Shown here in pieces: positions 34,943 through 47,796 of a DNA stretch of 64,000 nt (position 1 is the stretch's first letter; every line of letters begins with the position of its first letter). The notes under the pieces were generated by a model, which saw nothing but the letters and a program-made list of their open reading frames with translations, was not told the origin of the DNA and made no database searches. Made by a program: the position numbers and the translations under genes. Source of the stretch: Xylographa opegraphella. Lineage: Eukaryota. The DNA lies in the NCBI GenBank assembly GCA_022813865.1, contig JALDZX010000037.1, positions 124,001 to 188,000 of the forward strand. The letters are read 5' to 3'.

Positions 34943-37696
34943 ATGTCATTGTCCGTCAACGACCCTCGTTCGCGTGGGCGATCAAAGTCCCCAGGCGGCC
35001 GAGACCGTTCGAGATCTCGCGACGCCAGAGCTCCATCTCCAGCTCAACCTGTGAGATCGTCCAGAACAAAAAAATATTACGAGTCCGACTCCACGGAAGA
35101 GAGTAGCGATAGCGAGAGCGATCATCGTTCTTCACGGCGTAGACATGAGGAGAAGAGGTATGAGGAAGTCGACTCCAAGTATAGGCGCGCCGCTTCACCA
35201 AACCCCCAAGCTTCAGCTCTTGTCCGCGGACCAGATCCCAGGTACGAGCAAGACCGTCGAGACGTAAGACATCCCAGTTATGCGGAACCATCACCATATG
35301 AACAACCAAGGCCGGCTGAATACTCCAGGCATTCGAGTTATAGCAAGACAGAAGAAGCCTCCGTCAGACCCCCGGCTGCACGATCAGAGTATGCTCCTCC
35401 AGGACAATACAAATGGGAATACGACCACCCAGATGGTCGCGAAAAGAGTTCTCGACCTCCACCACCACCAAAGGAACATGAGCCGACTAGAGGAATATCG
35501 CTGAACACTTCTGGAAGTTTCCACATGGAACTCGGCCACGGACATTCACCACAACCGCCGCCAGTCCATGGTGTATCCCCTGCTTATGCATATCCACCAT
35601 CATCTCCAGGTTACACACAACCACCTCCGCATGGCTACTACCAAGTCCCAGACGCTGCTCGTCCAGATTCCTATCAATCCCATCCGGGGACGATTACCTC
35701 TGGACGTCAACACTATGGAGTACCAGAACAATACAAATATGCTGATCCACCTCAACAGATAACATACATCAACAAAACTGACGGCCGTACCCCTCAATAT
35801 ACCCAAACCCCCTACGCGCAGATTGAGACCGATCATCGAAGGACATCGCGCCATCCGGGTCAGGTTGAGGTAGATATCGTCCGACTTCCGTCTCGACGAA
35901 AAGAGGAATTAGAGATCGATGATATACGGAGATCGTCTCGGCGCAAGGAGGAAATTGAGATTGAAGCGAGAGCTGGGCACCACATGAAGGCAGAGGTTGG
36001 CTTGGATGTTGTACGAAGGCCGTCTCGGTACAGGGAAGAGGTCGAGATTGGAGAACACCGTATAAGTCGGCACCAGGGTGAAGCTGATCTGGAACTTGTT
36101 CGTAAAACGTCCCGGCACCATGGTGAAGCCGATCTCGAGCTTGTCCGTAAGACATCACGGCACAATGAGGAGATTGCAATAGAAGAGAGGAGGCCGTCAC
36201 GCCATACAAGCGAGGTTGACATTGACCTGATTCGAAAAATGACCCACGCTCCGAACGACCATGATAGACGGAGGCCCACTGCGCAAGTCATTGAGGTTCA
36301 ACCTGGAGGAAACTCGTTGCATGCCGGATCAAACACTCATCGCCTTTCTATTTCTGCGGGTGCATCGGGAGCAATATCGCTTGCAGCACCTGGCCAGCAC
36401 GCGCATCAATATGGGGCGCCCCCGGGAAGCCCGCTACTTGAAGCCTATCACGGTACATATCAGTCCATGTCTCCGATGCCGTCTCCTATGGTGCTTTCCC
36501 ACAAACTAGACGACAATCTCTCTGATATAGAGCCACTCGATGGAGACTCTTCCGATTCATCCAGAGGTCATCGGACGACGACAACAACAGTCGTGGTCAA
36601 ACGTGTCTCTATCTACGATCCTAAAGCAGATGCTCTTGCCCTTGCGGCTGCTCTCAATCACCACACACCACAGACTGAATCTATCATAAAGATACTTCCT
36701 CATCTATCCGACGATCACGTAATCGCTCTGCGCACAGAATACAAGAAGCACATAAAAGTTGGTGGCAAGGGCATCAACATCGCGAAACATATCAAGTTAA
36801 AGGTCACTGGCAACCTCGGCAAAATTGCCTACGCAACTGCCCTCGGTAGATGGGAAAGCGAAGCGCATTGGGCTAATTTCTGGTATCAATCTGGATCATC
36901 TCGGCGGGAGCTCTTGATAGAGAGCCTAATGAGCAGAACCAACAGCGAGATCAGAGCGATCAAAGCTGCCTTTAGCGACAAAAGATACAGCGACAGCCTC
37001 GAAAAGTGCATGCAGACAGAACTGAAGAAGGACAAATTCCGGAACGCCGTTCTGCTCGCGCTGGAGGAGAAGAGGATGGAGGAAATGTCGACAGTTTCAA
37101 AAACCATGGTCCGGAGAGACGTGGACGACTTGTACAAGGCGCTTGTCTCGAAAGACGGAGGCGAGACGGCCATGATTGAAATCATCGTCGTCAGAAGTGA
37201 TACTCACATGCGGGATGTTCTGCGCGAGTTCGAAGTTCGCTATCGCAAGAACTTTGCGCGGGAGATGATCCAGAAGTCGCGGAACTTGGTTGTATGTGCC
37301 TTCCTTTCCAGTCTCCATGCACTCGTTGCCGAAAACCAGCACACCCTTCTCATCATCTCCATCAGCCCCCCCCGCACCTAACCCCCCCGCCTCGGATCCC
37401 CTGGCTAACCACCCTCCCTACAGGGCGAAACCCTCGCGCACATCCTCAACGGCGTGCTCAACCGGCCCGTGCGCGACGCTCTGCTGCTACACCAAGCCCT
37501 GGCCGAGACGTCGAAAGACCGCACGGAGCTGCTCATCTCGCGGCTGGTGCGCTTCCACTGGGAGCCCAAGCATCTCGAGCGCGTCAAGATCGAGTACCGG
37601 CGCAAGTACAGCCGCAGTCTGAGCGTGGACATCGCGGAAGGGACAAAGGGCGATTTCAGCGAATTTTGCTTGGGGTTGCTGGAGGCGGGGAGGTGA
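34943..37696 (+). CDS. Fungal annexin, ANXC4-like, with very long N-terminal low-complexity region; intron 37292-37423
   Basis: C-terminal annexin-type helical repeats: YDPKADALALAAAL, LRTEYKKH, LLIESLMSRTNSEIRAIKAAF, GGETAMIEIIVVRSD, LLISRLVRFHW, TKGDF. Confidence 0.85.
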
Positions 37697-38184
37697 GGGC
37701 TTTGGTGCCGAAGGCATGTTTTGGGTGTCATGTTGAGATTCCGATATGCGGGGGTTAGTAAGGGATGGATTGGGACCGTGATGGGAGTTATATAGGTGTA
37801 GGGGGAGCGGGCAGCGTTGTTTGTGGTTGGATGCTCATCGCTCAAAAAATTGGACATTTGGTCTTGATGTTGGCCTCCACTCGGCCTCTATCTACGGCTT
37901 TGGCTGAAGAATATATTGGAGATGTCGTTCTCTGTTCTTTGATCTCGAAGTCACAGAAGAAAACTGGATCGCACTGGAAGTAGCATAGGGCTTTTTGTTA
38001 ACATGCGAGTCTTTGGAAAAGGCAGCTTCGTATTGAGCTCTAATAAATGAATATATACAAAGAATTATATGTACTAATGTCCAGACATCATTCTACGAGA
38101 TCAAGAATAGATGCGGTCGACTTGCGCCCACCATCAGGTCATTTTGTGATCAAAGGACCCACCCGCCAAGTCCTGTATGGCGTC

Positions 38185-40282
38185 TCACAGCATCAAAACT
38201 ATCGCCGCTCCAACGGCAGCCAGGAGACCCACCACACTGCTGTGCACGCTGCTGGCTGCGCCGGGGAAAAGCGTCGCGCCAGTGAATTGCATTCCTGGCG
38301 CCGAAGTAGTGGAAGAGGCCACAGCTGCGCCTGCGCTGGACAACTTCGTACCCACTGGGGGAACGGGAATGACTATCGTAGAGCTAGCCGGCACGGCGGC
38401 GTTGTTGGAGCTTGGAGAGACGGTCACGGGGACAGGCATGATCTGCACGGTCGAGGCAGCGGTAGCCATGAGCGTCGTGCTGGCGTTCGTCGGACCGATG
38501 ATGATAACGGAGGGGAGCGACACCGTTTGGAGAGGAGCCGTTGGGGAAGAGGCGGTGTGGCTCCCGTAGAGAGTGATTGTGAGCACGGTGGTGGAGGTCG
38601 AAGTGGTGGAGGTGGTCTGCTCGGTGCTCGTCGCTGCGCCTGCAGGGGACAAGCTTGCCATTGTGGCAGTTAGAGTGCTCGTTAGTGTTTGGAAAGAAAT
38701 CAAGGTCTGCGTGGTCGTCAAAATGGTGGTCGGTACGGCTGCGCCCTGGCTACTGGGAGATGGCATTGGCAGAGGAGACACGATGATTGAAGACACGGCC
38801 GGGACGACTGATGGAGAGCCAGAAGACGAGACTGGTGGAGCAGCCACAACAGAGCCGCTTGAAGTTGGAACTGCGGCTCCGCTCGAGCTGACTGGCAGTG
38901 GGATGATTGTCTCCGTGACAGGTGTCACGCCGGCAGATGAGACAGGCGTTACTGTTGTCGTGTCAGTGCCGATTGTGAATGACCGAAAGTACGTAGATGC
39001 GGCTAAGATGCTTGAGCTAGAAGCCGGAGAGGAAGCCGGAGGGGCCAGTGTATCCGTGCTTGAGGAAGCTCCAGACAGCGGAGCTGCAGTACTGCTGCTG
39101 CTGGAACTCATAGGAACCGATCCAGGGACAACAGAGGTTTCACCAACAGCAGATGTCGAGATTGAGGCCGCGCTTGCAAGGGTCGTACTGGAGTACGCTG
39201 CGGAAGGGGGCACAGCTTGGGTGATGGTAGAAACAACAGTCGAGAGAATAGTCGAGATTGAAGTCGTCGTCTGCGTATATGTCGTTCCTGAGATGGTCAT
39301 CGTTGTGGTAATCGGACAAATGGTTGTTGTCTGGTAGATAATGTCGGTAGTGACAATCTCCGAAGTTGCCGGAACAGGCGAAATTGAGGGCAGGCCAGAG
39401 ATGGGAGTCGTAGTAATGCTGCTGCCAGGAATTGAAGTGGCAATTGAAGGTGTAACTACAGCAGAAGTTGATGTCGAGTCGGCACTTGCAAGTGCGGAGC
39501 TTGAGATCGCGACAGGAGAGGAGCCTGTTACCGCAGTGGACATGGACTGCGGGATGGTTGAGACAAAAGTTGACAGAATAGTGGAGATAGTGGTGGTCGT
39601 TTGAGTATATGTAGTGCCCGAGATGGTCATTGTTGCGGTCACCGGACAAATGGTTGTTGTCTGGTATACCATGTCGGTAGTGATGACCTCGGAAGCAGCC
39701 GGTGCAGCGAAACTCGGCACTGACGCAAGAGTGGTGCTTGATGACGTTGATGGAGGCGTAGGGACGGTAGAGACGATACCGGTACTCGATATTGAGGCGG
39801 GCAGAGCGGCACCGGTGGAAGTTGCGGAAATAGCATAAATTGTAGTAATGACAGTTTGAGAGCTCAGAGGACAGTTGATGACACTGGGTGGACAGCTAAG
39901 CACTGTAATATTGTCGGTCGTGAAGACAGTCTCCTCCGTTGGAGTGGATGTAGCGACAGGGGCGGAGTACGTAACCATCGGAGCAATGGTAGATGTAATC
40001 GATACGGTTGTAGTGTTCCACACACCAGTGCTGTTGTAAGCTGGAATTGAGGTCGAGGCGGAGGCAGGATATACACTGCTGCACTTTGTCTTTGTTTTCT
40101 TGGTCCAAGTCCCAGTCCATGCTGAGTCACGGGTCCATGTATAGCCCTCTCCATGCTGCGGCACATCACTATCAGCATTGATCCTCTTCAATCGAAATGT
40201 TGAGCTGACATACTCCATGATGCGCCGCACTGGCTACCGAGAGGCTTAGAGCGGCAGTTGCCAGCAACGTTGGAATGTACAT
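38185..40282 (-). CDS. GPI-anchored Ser/Thr-rich cell-surface protein; intron 40156-40213
   Basis: Signal peptide MYIPTLLATAALSLSVASA, Ser/Thr/Pro-rich body, SCPPSVINCP and TTTICP motifs, C-terminal FPGAASS + hydrophobic tail. Confidence 0.88.
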
Positions 40283-41484
40283 CTTGTCGTGGTCAAGATC
40301 AAAGCGCGCAATGATCTATTCGGTGGTTCGATTTGGCGCGAGATATGAGAGAATAGTGAGTGTGGGGAAACGAGTGTGAATATCGTGAATGTCAACGATC
40401 GGACGCAAACCAAAGTCTGCAAAGGATGAAAAGCAACGGCCTCACGGCGCGACAAGAGAATGTACAAGGTTGAAAATGCAAACGGAGGGAGAGGACGAGA
40501 GGTGCAAGAGTTTTGAAGGGTCCACATGCTGGCATGACTTGGGTGCAGTCATGATTGGAGGGCGGGCGCCACGATGTGTCAAAACACGCGTTGTGCGCCT
40601 GCGATGCCCCAGAGCACAAATCTTACAGGATAGACCCAGGATCAGAGCGGCTCGTGTTGAGGCTTTTTGACGCCGTCGAAGTGCCGGGACTTGGTTGGTT
40701 AGCATGATGCACCGACCGGCTTGTACCATGCGCGAGCGTGAACAAGCAACGAATGAGCAACCGCCTAGGTAATGGGAATCAGGGAATCGAAATCCACCGC
40801 GCGGTCATGATATCTCGGCCTCCTTTCGAACATCTGCTGCGGCCGGTGCCTTGGTGTTGAGCGGCGAATGCTAGCCGGCGCAAACAGGCGAGACCGGGGT
40901 CAGGGGGGGGACGGGCTAATGTTTCGAGTTTATTACAAGGTATTGGCAGGGGGCCTGCAATCTCCCCCCTAAAGCCCTTGCACTTCCCTCACTACTGGCC
41001 CACTGCTCTCACTGGGCCTGCCGCTAATGGGGGGACTTCCCCGGGGGCTGGAGATGAAACGACGGCAGAGATGACGCGATCTGAAACAACTCCGATCGCC
41101 GTGGCGTGAATCCTGTCCTGCCGCGTGCTGACTCCACTCCCAATTATCCAAAGGGTCGAGATGCCGAATCCTTGGGATGGAATCGTGGGAATGGTCATTA
41201 CATTCGCAGCGGCTCTTTTCAGTCGTCCTTTCACGCATGATGTTCTGTTCTTTCTCCAATCACACGTCGGGGCCTCACCGTCGTTGATCCATTATTGTTG
41301 TTACTTCTGCCTTTGTAAGCCTTGCATATGGGGATGGGAGTCGCTCAAGGGCCATGCACCAGTGCTCGGCCGTCCCCCTCATCTCCTTGTCCCAAGCACT
41401 CGGATGTATCTATTTCCTACCATATGCCGTCGAGTGTCCTCCATCGAGTATTCCTATCTACATAATCGTCGCAGCTGCTCACGC

Positions 41485-42207
41485 TTACTCCGGATTGGCT
41501 TTTTCCCCAATCGCCTCGTTGTTTTCTCGCATTCTTCTGAAAACGCTCAAGTCCAAAGGCAACCTCTCACCCATCCACGTCGCTCGCTGTGTGTGGTCTC
41601 TTTCCTCATCCTCGGTGTTTGGGTGGATCAGGACACTCAATGGGCCCCGGTTAATCACTAACCAGGAAATAAAGGCTCCGAATTGTGCCGGGGTGAAGAG
41701 GTTGACTTCAAACATGGCCAGTGGATGGGGGCCGACCGGTTTGTCGAAAAAGCGGTAGATCCGGAGCTCCGGGACTAGGAATGAGCCTTGTTTTGTTTGC
41801 CAAGAATGCACGGAAAGCTCGACTTACATTCTCGTCGAATTCGGTCCCAGAGCGCCTGTGCAAATGTGCGCTGCTCGGCATTCCCCTGGACGTCCCAAAT
41901 CAGCTCATCGAGCGTGGCAGGACTTCTACGAAGCATTCACTTGAAAGTGGTAGATGTGGACATCGAACCCTCCTCTTGGTCCGTTGGTGATTGGACGGGT
42001 AAACGTCTCATAAGCTCGACTCAGCACACCCGTCTGCTCATTGACATAGCAGTAGGCGTTCCCCTCTTTTCTCATCTCGCTGGAGGGAAACATCAGCATT
42101 ACAGAAAAGCGGAGAAGATGCCTGGGAGGACGCTACTTGGATATCGGAAGCTGGTCTTCATACCCTTCAAGAGGGGATGGATAGCTGAAGTGCGCCGGTT
42201 CAGTCAT
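41485..42207 (-). CDS. DOPA 4,5-dioxygenase family protein, multi-exon
   Basis: Starts MTEPAHFSYPSPLEGY; motifs GGFDVHIY, ERIRREF/PELRIY, PVGPHPLAMFEV, RGPLSVLIHPNT, DHTQRATWMG. Confidence 0.92.
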
Positions 42208-42962
42208 CCTTACTTTGAGATGAGCTCTACAGTCTTCTCTTTGTGGCTGATTCTAATTTGTAAACCACTTCTGATACATGCATCGCAATGCTTGTCGTGA
42301 TTCGGCTTTCGCAGATATCACATGATTTTTGCCACCACAACACTGATTGTCAAGACCGAAGCACTTCGTCTGCCTTATCTGTTAAAGCACTTGAGTGGTC
42401 GGCTAAAGCTGCAGTCCTCTGGGAATGGTCTCCGAAAATTGTCAGGCGGGATGCTGCGCCGTCTTCACACCGGTCGCTGTTTTCTGATCAACTTGCGATT
42501 GAAGCTAGCCTCAATCACGGATTGAACCCCGTGGCATAAGGTAGGCTCTCCTCGTTCTGCTTGCAATAGTGCTGTAGTACCACGATTCTCGGGGTAAGAG
42601 CGGAGCTTCGCGTGCCGATGACCGATTGGCTGGAGAAATAACCGGCAATAGCCGGGCCTGTCCCAAGCGATCTTTTGGTTCCCGAACGTCATTATTTCCA
42701 ATTATGTTTCCTGCCGATATCCGGGGTTTTCTTATCATTATTGTTCTTATTATTATTACGTTGTTGACGGACATGGGGTGAAGGTCAGCGATCTGTTCGC
42801 AAAGCGAGCCTTTTTAGTATGGTCGATTCTTCCTGATCACTTCCTACGTCACTCGAGACCCGTTCAATTTCTCTTTCTGATGTCAACGTTATCATTCTCC
42901 ACACTCTCGAGAGCGATACTGAACGATACAAACTACGTATTCGTGGCCTTTTACTCTCAACA

Positions 42963-44777
42963 ATGGTCCCGCCGTTACCTATCAGTACCGCCGTGACAGT
43001 TGGTTCGGCGCCTGATGCAGGTACAACTACTCGAACTCGGAGCAATCAATCTCGTCCCCCAAGACTGAACCGCATCTTATCCGGCCAGCATCTCGACGAC
43101 CATTCTCATTATCATTATCACGACTTTGAAGGCGATGGAGATGATTCTAGCTACTCCGAGTACACTTTGAACGAGAATGAGAAAGACTCTCAAGATCCAG
43201 TCGAGCAAGATGATGAAGTTACTGGAGGGGCAGCCAATGAGCAGGACTTAGAAGCCGGGGCCACGCAATTAGAGAAGAAGAAGACCGGTAGATCAGTGAA
43301 AGACCTGAACCTAGTAAGCCAAGCACCATTATCTACGAATATGTGAAAGCTCTTTCTGATCGTCATGGCCCTTAAGGTCACCTGGGATGGACCTGATGAC
43401 CCCGAGAACCCCAAGAATTGGACTCGCAAGAGGAAATGGCTCGCAACATTGGTAGTTTCGTCCTTCACTTTCATTTCTCCGGTATCGTCGTCAATGGTGG
43501 CTCCTGCTATCGCGTCAATATCGGCCGAGTTTCTCATTACCAATGAGGTGGAGCAACAGCTTGTTCTCTCGGTCTTTGTTCTTGCCTATGCAGTAGGCCC
43601 TCTCTTTTTGGGCCCGCTGTCAGAAATATATGGCCGTGTACCTGTTCTCCAGTTGGCTAATCTTCTGTACTTGGTTTTCAATACCGCATGTGGCTTTAGC
43701 AAAACATCGGGACAGATGATTGCGTTCAGGTTCTTAGCTGGGCTTGGAGGTAGTGCGCCTTTGGCTCTGGGAGGCGGAGTTCTGAGTGATGCCTGGTCAG
43801 CAGACGAAAGAGGTGCAGCTATCTCGATTTATAGCCTGGCCCCTCTCCTGGGACCCGCCATTGGACCAATCGCTGGGGGTTTTATCACACAGAACACGAC
43901 TTGGCGGTGGGCATTTTATGCTACCTCTATTGCCGATGCAGTCATCCAGTTATCAGGTTTATTCTTCCTTCAAGAAACGTATCCCCCAAAGCTTTTACAC
44001 ACCAAAGCCAAGAAACTTTGCAAGGAGACTGGGAACAAGGACCTCTACACCGAGTTTGAGCACCCAGACCGAAATTTGACCAACATTCTCAAAGTGTCCT
44101 TAACTCGACCTTTTATCCTTCTTGGAACACAGCCTATTGTGCAAGCACTAGCAGTGTATATGGGTTATCTTTATGGGATTATGTATCTCGTGCTAAGTAC
44201 TACCATTTCCCTTTGGACGGAGCGTTACGGCGAATCAGTCGGTATCAGCGGCCTTAATTACATATCCCTCGGTCTAGGCTTCTTCCTGGGGACACAGATT
44301 TGCGCTCCGTTGAATGATAAATTCTACAAAATGCTGAAAAAACGGAATAACGGTGTCGGCAGGCCAGAGTTTCGAATTCCCCTTATGCTTCCCGGTAGTA
44401 TTTTCGTGCCGACGGGGTTATTTATTTACGGCTGGACAGCAAATTACCACACGCACTGGATCTTCCCCAACATCGGCACCGCAATCTTCGCCGCAGGGAA
44501 TATCGTCTGCTTCCAATGCATTCAGACCTACCTCGTCGATTCTTACACTCGCTACGCGGCCTCCGCGATCGGCGCGGCTACTGTTCTGCGAAGTCTAGCA
44601 GGCTTTGGGTTTCCACTCTTCGCACCTTACATGTATGCTGCGTTGGACTATGGCTGGGGAAACTCGCTATTGGGCTTCATCGCTGTAGGGTTGGGAATTC
44701 CGGCGCCCATTCTTCTGTGGAAGTTTGGACAAGGCCTCAGGGAGAGGAGTCCGTTCGCAGCCGGCGGCGGCAACTAG
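42963..44777 (+). CDS. MFS multidrug transporter, DHA1 family; intron ~43314-43376
   Basis: VTWDGPDDPENPKNW, GPLSEIYGRVP, FRFLAGLGGS, GPAIGPIAGG, PEFRIP, FPLFAPYMY; ~12 TM segments. Confidence 0.95.
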
Positions 44778-45379
44778 ATGCTCGTGTCATGTTGATCCAC
44801 GACCAATGCCGTGAAGTTTGGATGCGGAGACGTTGAAAACTATAGACCTCTGCATTGCAATTGCATACTGAGCGTGGCGTTGGGGAGCGTTTTGGTATAC
44901 ACATCACGAGACATCTGAAAAATAGCATAGACTTGTACTCTAAGATAGACTTTGCATTTGTACTCTACCATACATTGGTCGTTGTTAATAATGTAATACG
45001 GCAAAGACACAGCAAGGATAGTCTGAATGAGGTTTGAGGCAGCCCACCCAAGGCTAAGGGGTTAAGCTCTTTCTTGGCGATGAGCCTCTTCCGTCATCGC
45101 ACAGCCTTGATCTTGAAGTCCGATGCACGAGCCGGATTATTCAATGAAGACGGGCGTTCGGGATGGGTGGGCCTCGTTGTTTATTGAACGGTCAGCTGCT
45201 TGGGTTTTCGATAACAGACACAGTATACACTTCCTGCTGTCATCCTAATCCGCAAACACAATGTCGTTGTTGAAAATCAGTCGTGCTTCTGTCTAATAGC
45301 GGCGGTACTTCGTATTGACCAACCCTGTTGCAGCCGTTTTCATCAAGCGTCGGATTGTTCTACATGAGCTACTGCAAAT

Positions 45380-47796
45380 ATGAACGATCCAGGTCTCGAC
45401 AAGCCCATTAGCGATGATGCCCAAAATCTGGAAAAGACAAAAGAGGAGAACGATGATGAGCTGCAGGATGAACAGACCTACATGGACCCGAGGTGAATAT
45501 TAACAAGACCCTAGTGGAGGAATGAGCTCAACGACAGTAGTCGCTGGTGGTTTGCGTCTACAGCCTTCCCTCTCCTTGCGGTACGTGCCTTGTACCGAAG
45601 ACTTCCGCTGCAGATTGACTGACCAAAGGTATAGGGCACCTTCGGTCCTATTGCGAGTGCTTTCAACATCTGCGCCTTGGTTCAGCACTGGAGGGTTTCA
45701 ATACCACCCGGAGGGACTGAAGAGCATGGGATTGATGTCCCCGATCCCCCATGGTTCGTCATTTCACCGGAGGTTGTGCCAGATGCCATACTGAATGACG
45801 TGGAAATGCAGGCTGATTGCCATCAATACAATTTCCTTGATCATCGCTGTGATTGCAAACCTTTCTCTCCTATTCAACATGGCTCGACGGCTATCTTTCT
45901 CAGTCGCTCAGCCCATCACTATCGTTGGATGGTACACCTCATCGTTTTTACTGATAGGGCTCCTCGCAGCTGCTTCACACAGTCCCAGTATGGAATTGCC
46001 GGCAGCAGAGGATCGCGCTTTTACACAAGTATGCCTCGATGTCTGGATATTGTCGGCTGCAGGAACGCTGACCGTGATAGGCCTTCTATTACGCTATTAT
46101 GGCCGCGGGATTGTACATACTTGTTGCATCTTTAATGGTTATTACAGTCTACGGGGCGTACGCAGGCCACTACACCAAAGAGTTCAAGCTCACTATGAGT
46201 CAACGAACGTTGATGCTTCAGACAATTAGCTATTTGGTCTACTTGGAGTGTGGAGCTGCGGTATTCGCTCATATTGAAGGATGGATGTTTGTGGACGGAG
46301 TGTACTGGGCAAACTACACTCTTCTCACAATAGGTCTTGGGGACTACTCCCCTGTAACACATTTGGGGAGAAGTCTTTTATTTCCATTCGCTATCGGCGG
46401 AATCATTATCCTCGGTCTCGTTATTGGTTCTATAAGATCTTTGGTCTTAGAAAGAGGCAAAAAGAAACTGGGCGCTCGTATGATCGAGAAAAAGCGGCAA
46501 GCATACCTGAAAAAACTCGGACGAAAGAGAAAGGGTCGGGCAAAAATCACACCTTTGTCCCAAGGAGAAGAGAGGACATCAGAAGGCAAGACAGAGAAGG
46601 AACGACGCGAACAAGAGTTTCACATAATGCGCAAGATTCAGGACGAAGCCATGTCAAGACGAAGATGGACGGCCCTGGCTATATCGGCAACTGCATGGCT
46701 GTTCCTCTGGTTGGTAGGTGCCATGGTGTTTTGGAAAGCCGAGAAAAACCAGCAATGGACTTACTTTGGAGCACTTTACTTTGCCTATGTCTCGTTGCTC
46801 ACGATAGGATACGGTGACTTTGCACCTGAAAGCAATTCGGGGAAAGCTTTCTATGTCTTTTGGGCATTGCTCGCAATTCCAACGTTGACCATCTTGATCA
46901 GCAACATGGGAGATACAGTCGTAAAAATGATCCGCGATCTCACGTTATGGTTGGGCGAATTCACTGTTCTTCCTGGCGAAGGCGGCACGAAGGATAGAAT
47001 AAGGACCGGCGCGCGGAATATAAAGGAAAGGATCCTTAACAGCTCCGATGACGCAGAAGAAGAGGCACCCGGATTACTTGGCGAGGCAAATCACGATACG
47101 GAAAAGGGTGAAGGAAAACCAAAGCACAACGCAAGGACCGCCATCGCCAACGATAAAGTTGTCGAAGACTTCGAGAATGCGGAAATGCAAGAGGCAGATA
47201 ATAATGCGGCAGGAGGTGACGAGATTGGCAAGGATATACATCTTTACCACTACCTTCTTGTCAAGGAGATACGCAAGGTGATGCCAGAAATTGGCCTGAC
47301 TCCGCCCAAAAAATACTCGTATCACGAGTGGGCATGGTTCCTAAGACTGATGGGGGAGGACGAAAACTCAGCTGACTTCCATCGGAAAGCTCCCATCGAG
47401 GAGCCCATTGGAGAAGGCCCGCAGATGCAGAAAGCGGTAACTGACGTCAACAATGAGCAAATTATAAGCGAACAAAATCAATGGAGCTGGCTCGGTGCCA
47501 GAAGCCCGTTGATGGGTGATACTGAGGAGGCCGAATGGGTTCTTGACAGGCTGTCGATGACTCTCGAGCGAGAATTGAAAAAGCAACGGGATCAGCAGAA
47601 GCGTGCTGACAGCGTGATGAAGAAAGAAGTGTTGCAATTCGGCAAAGATTCGAGAGACTCTGAACAAAAGACGAAGAACGATTCTCTGGAATCCGATGGT
47701 TCTAGCAAGGACTCCCACAGGACAGATTCAAGGCCCAGCATTAACACTTACAGTCCCAGGCGGCCCGGCACTTTGGCGGGCAATTCAGCCTCTTGA
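45380..47796 (+). CDS. TOK1: Two-pore-domain outward-rectifier K+ channel (TOK-type), multi-exon
   Basis: GTFGPIASAFNICAL, LTMSQRTLMLQT, pore loops TLLTIGLGDY and SLLTIGYGDF. Confidence 0.92.

Noticed and set aside
38047..39838. Several long + strand Val/Glu-rich ORFs
   Set aside because: Antisense reading of the Ser/Thr-rich GPI protein.
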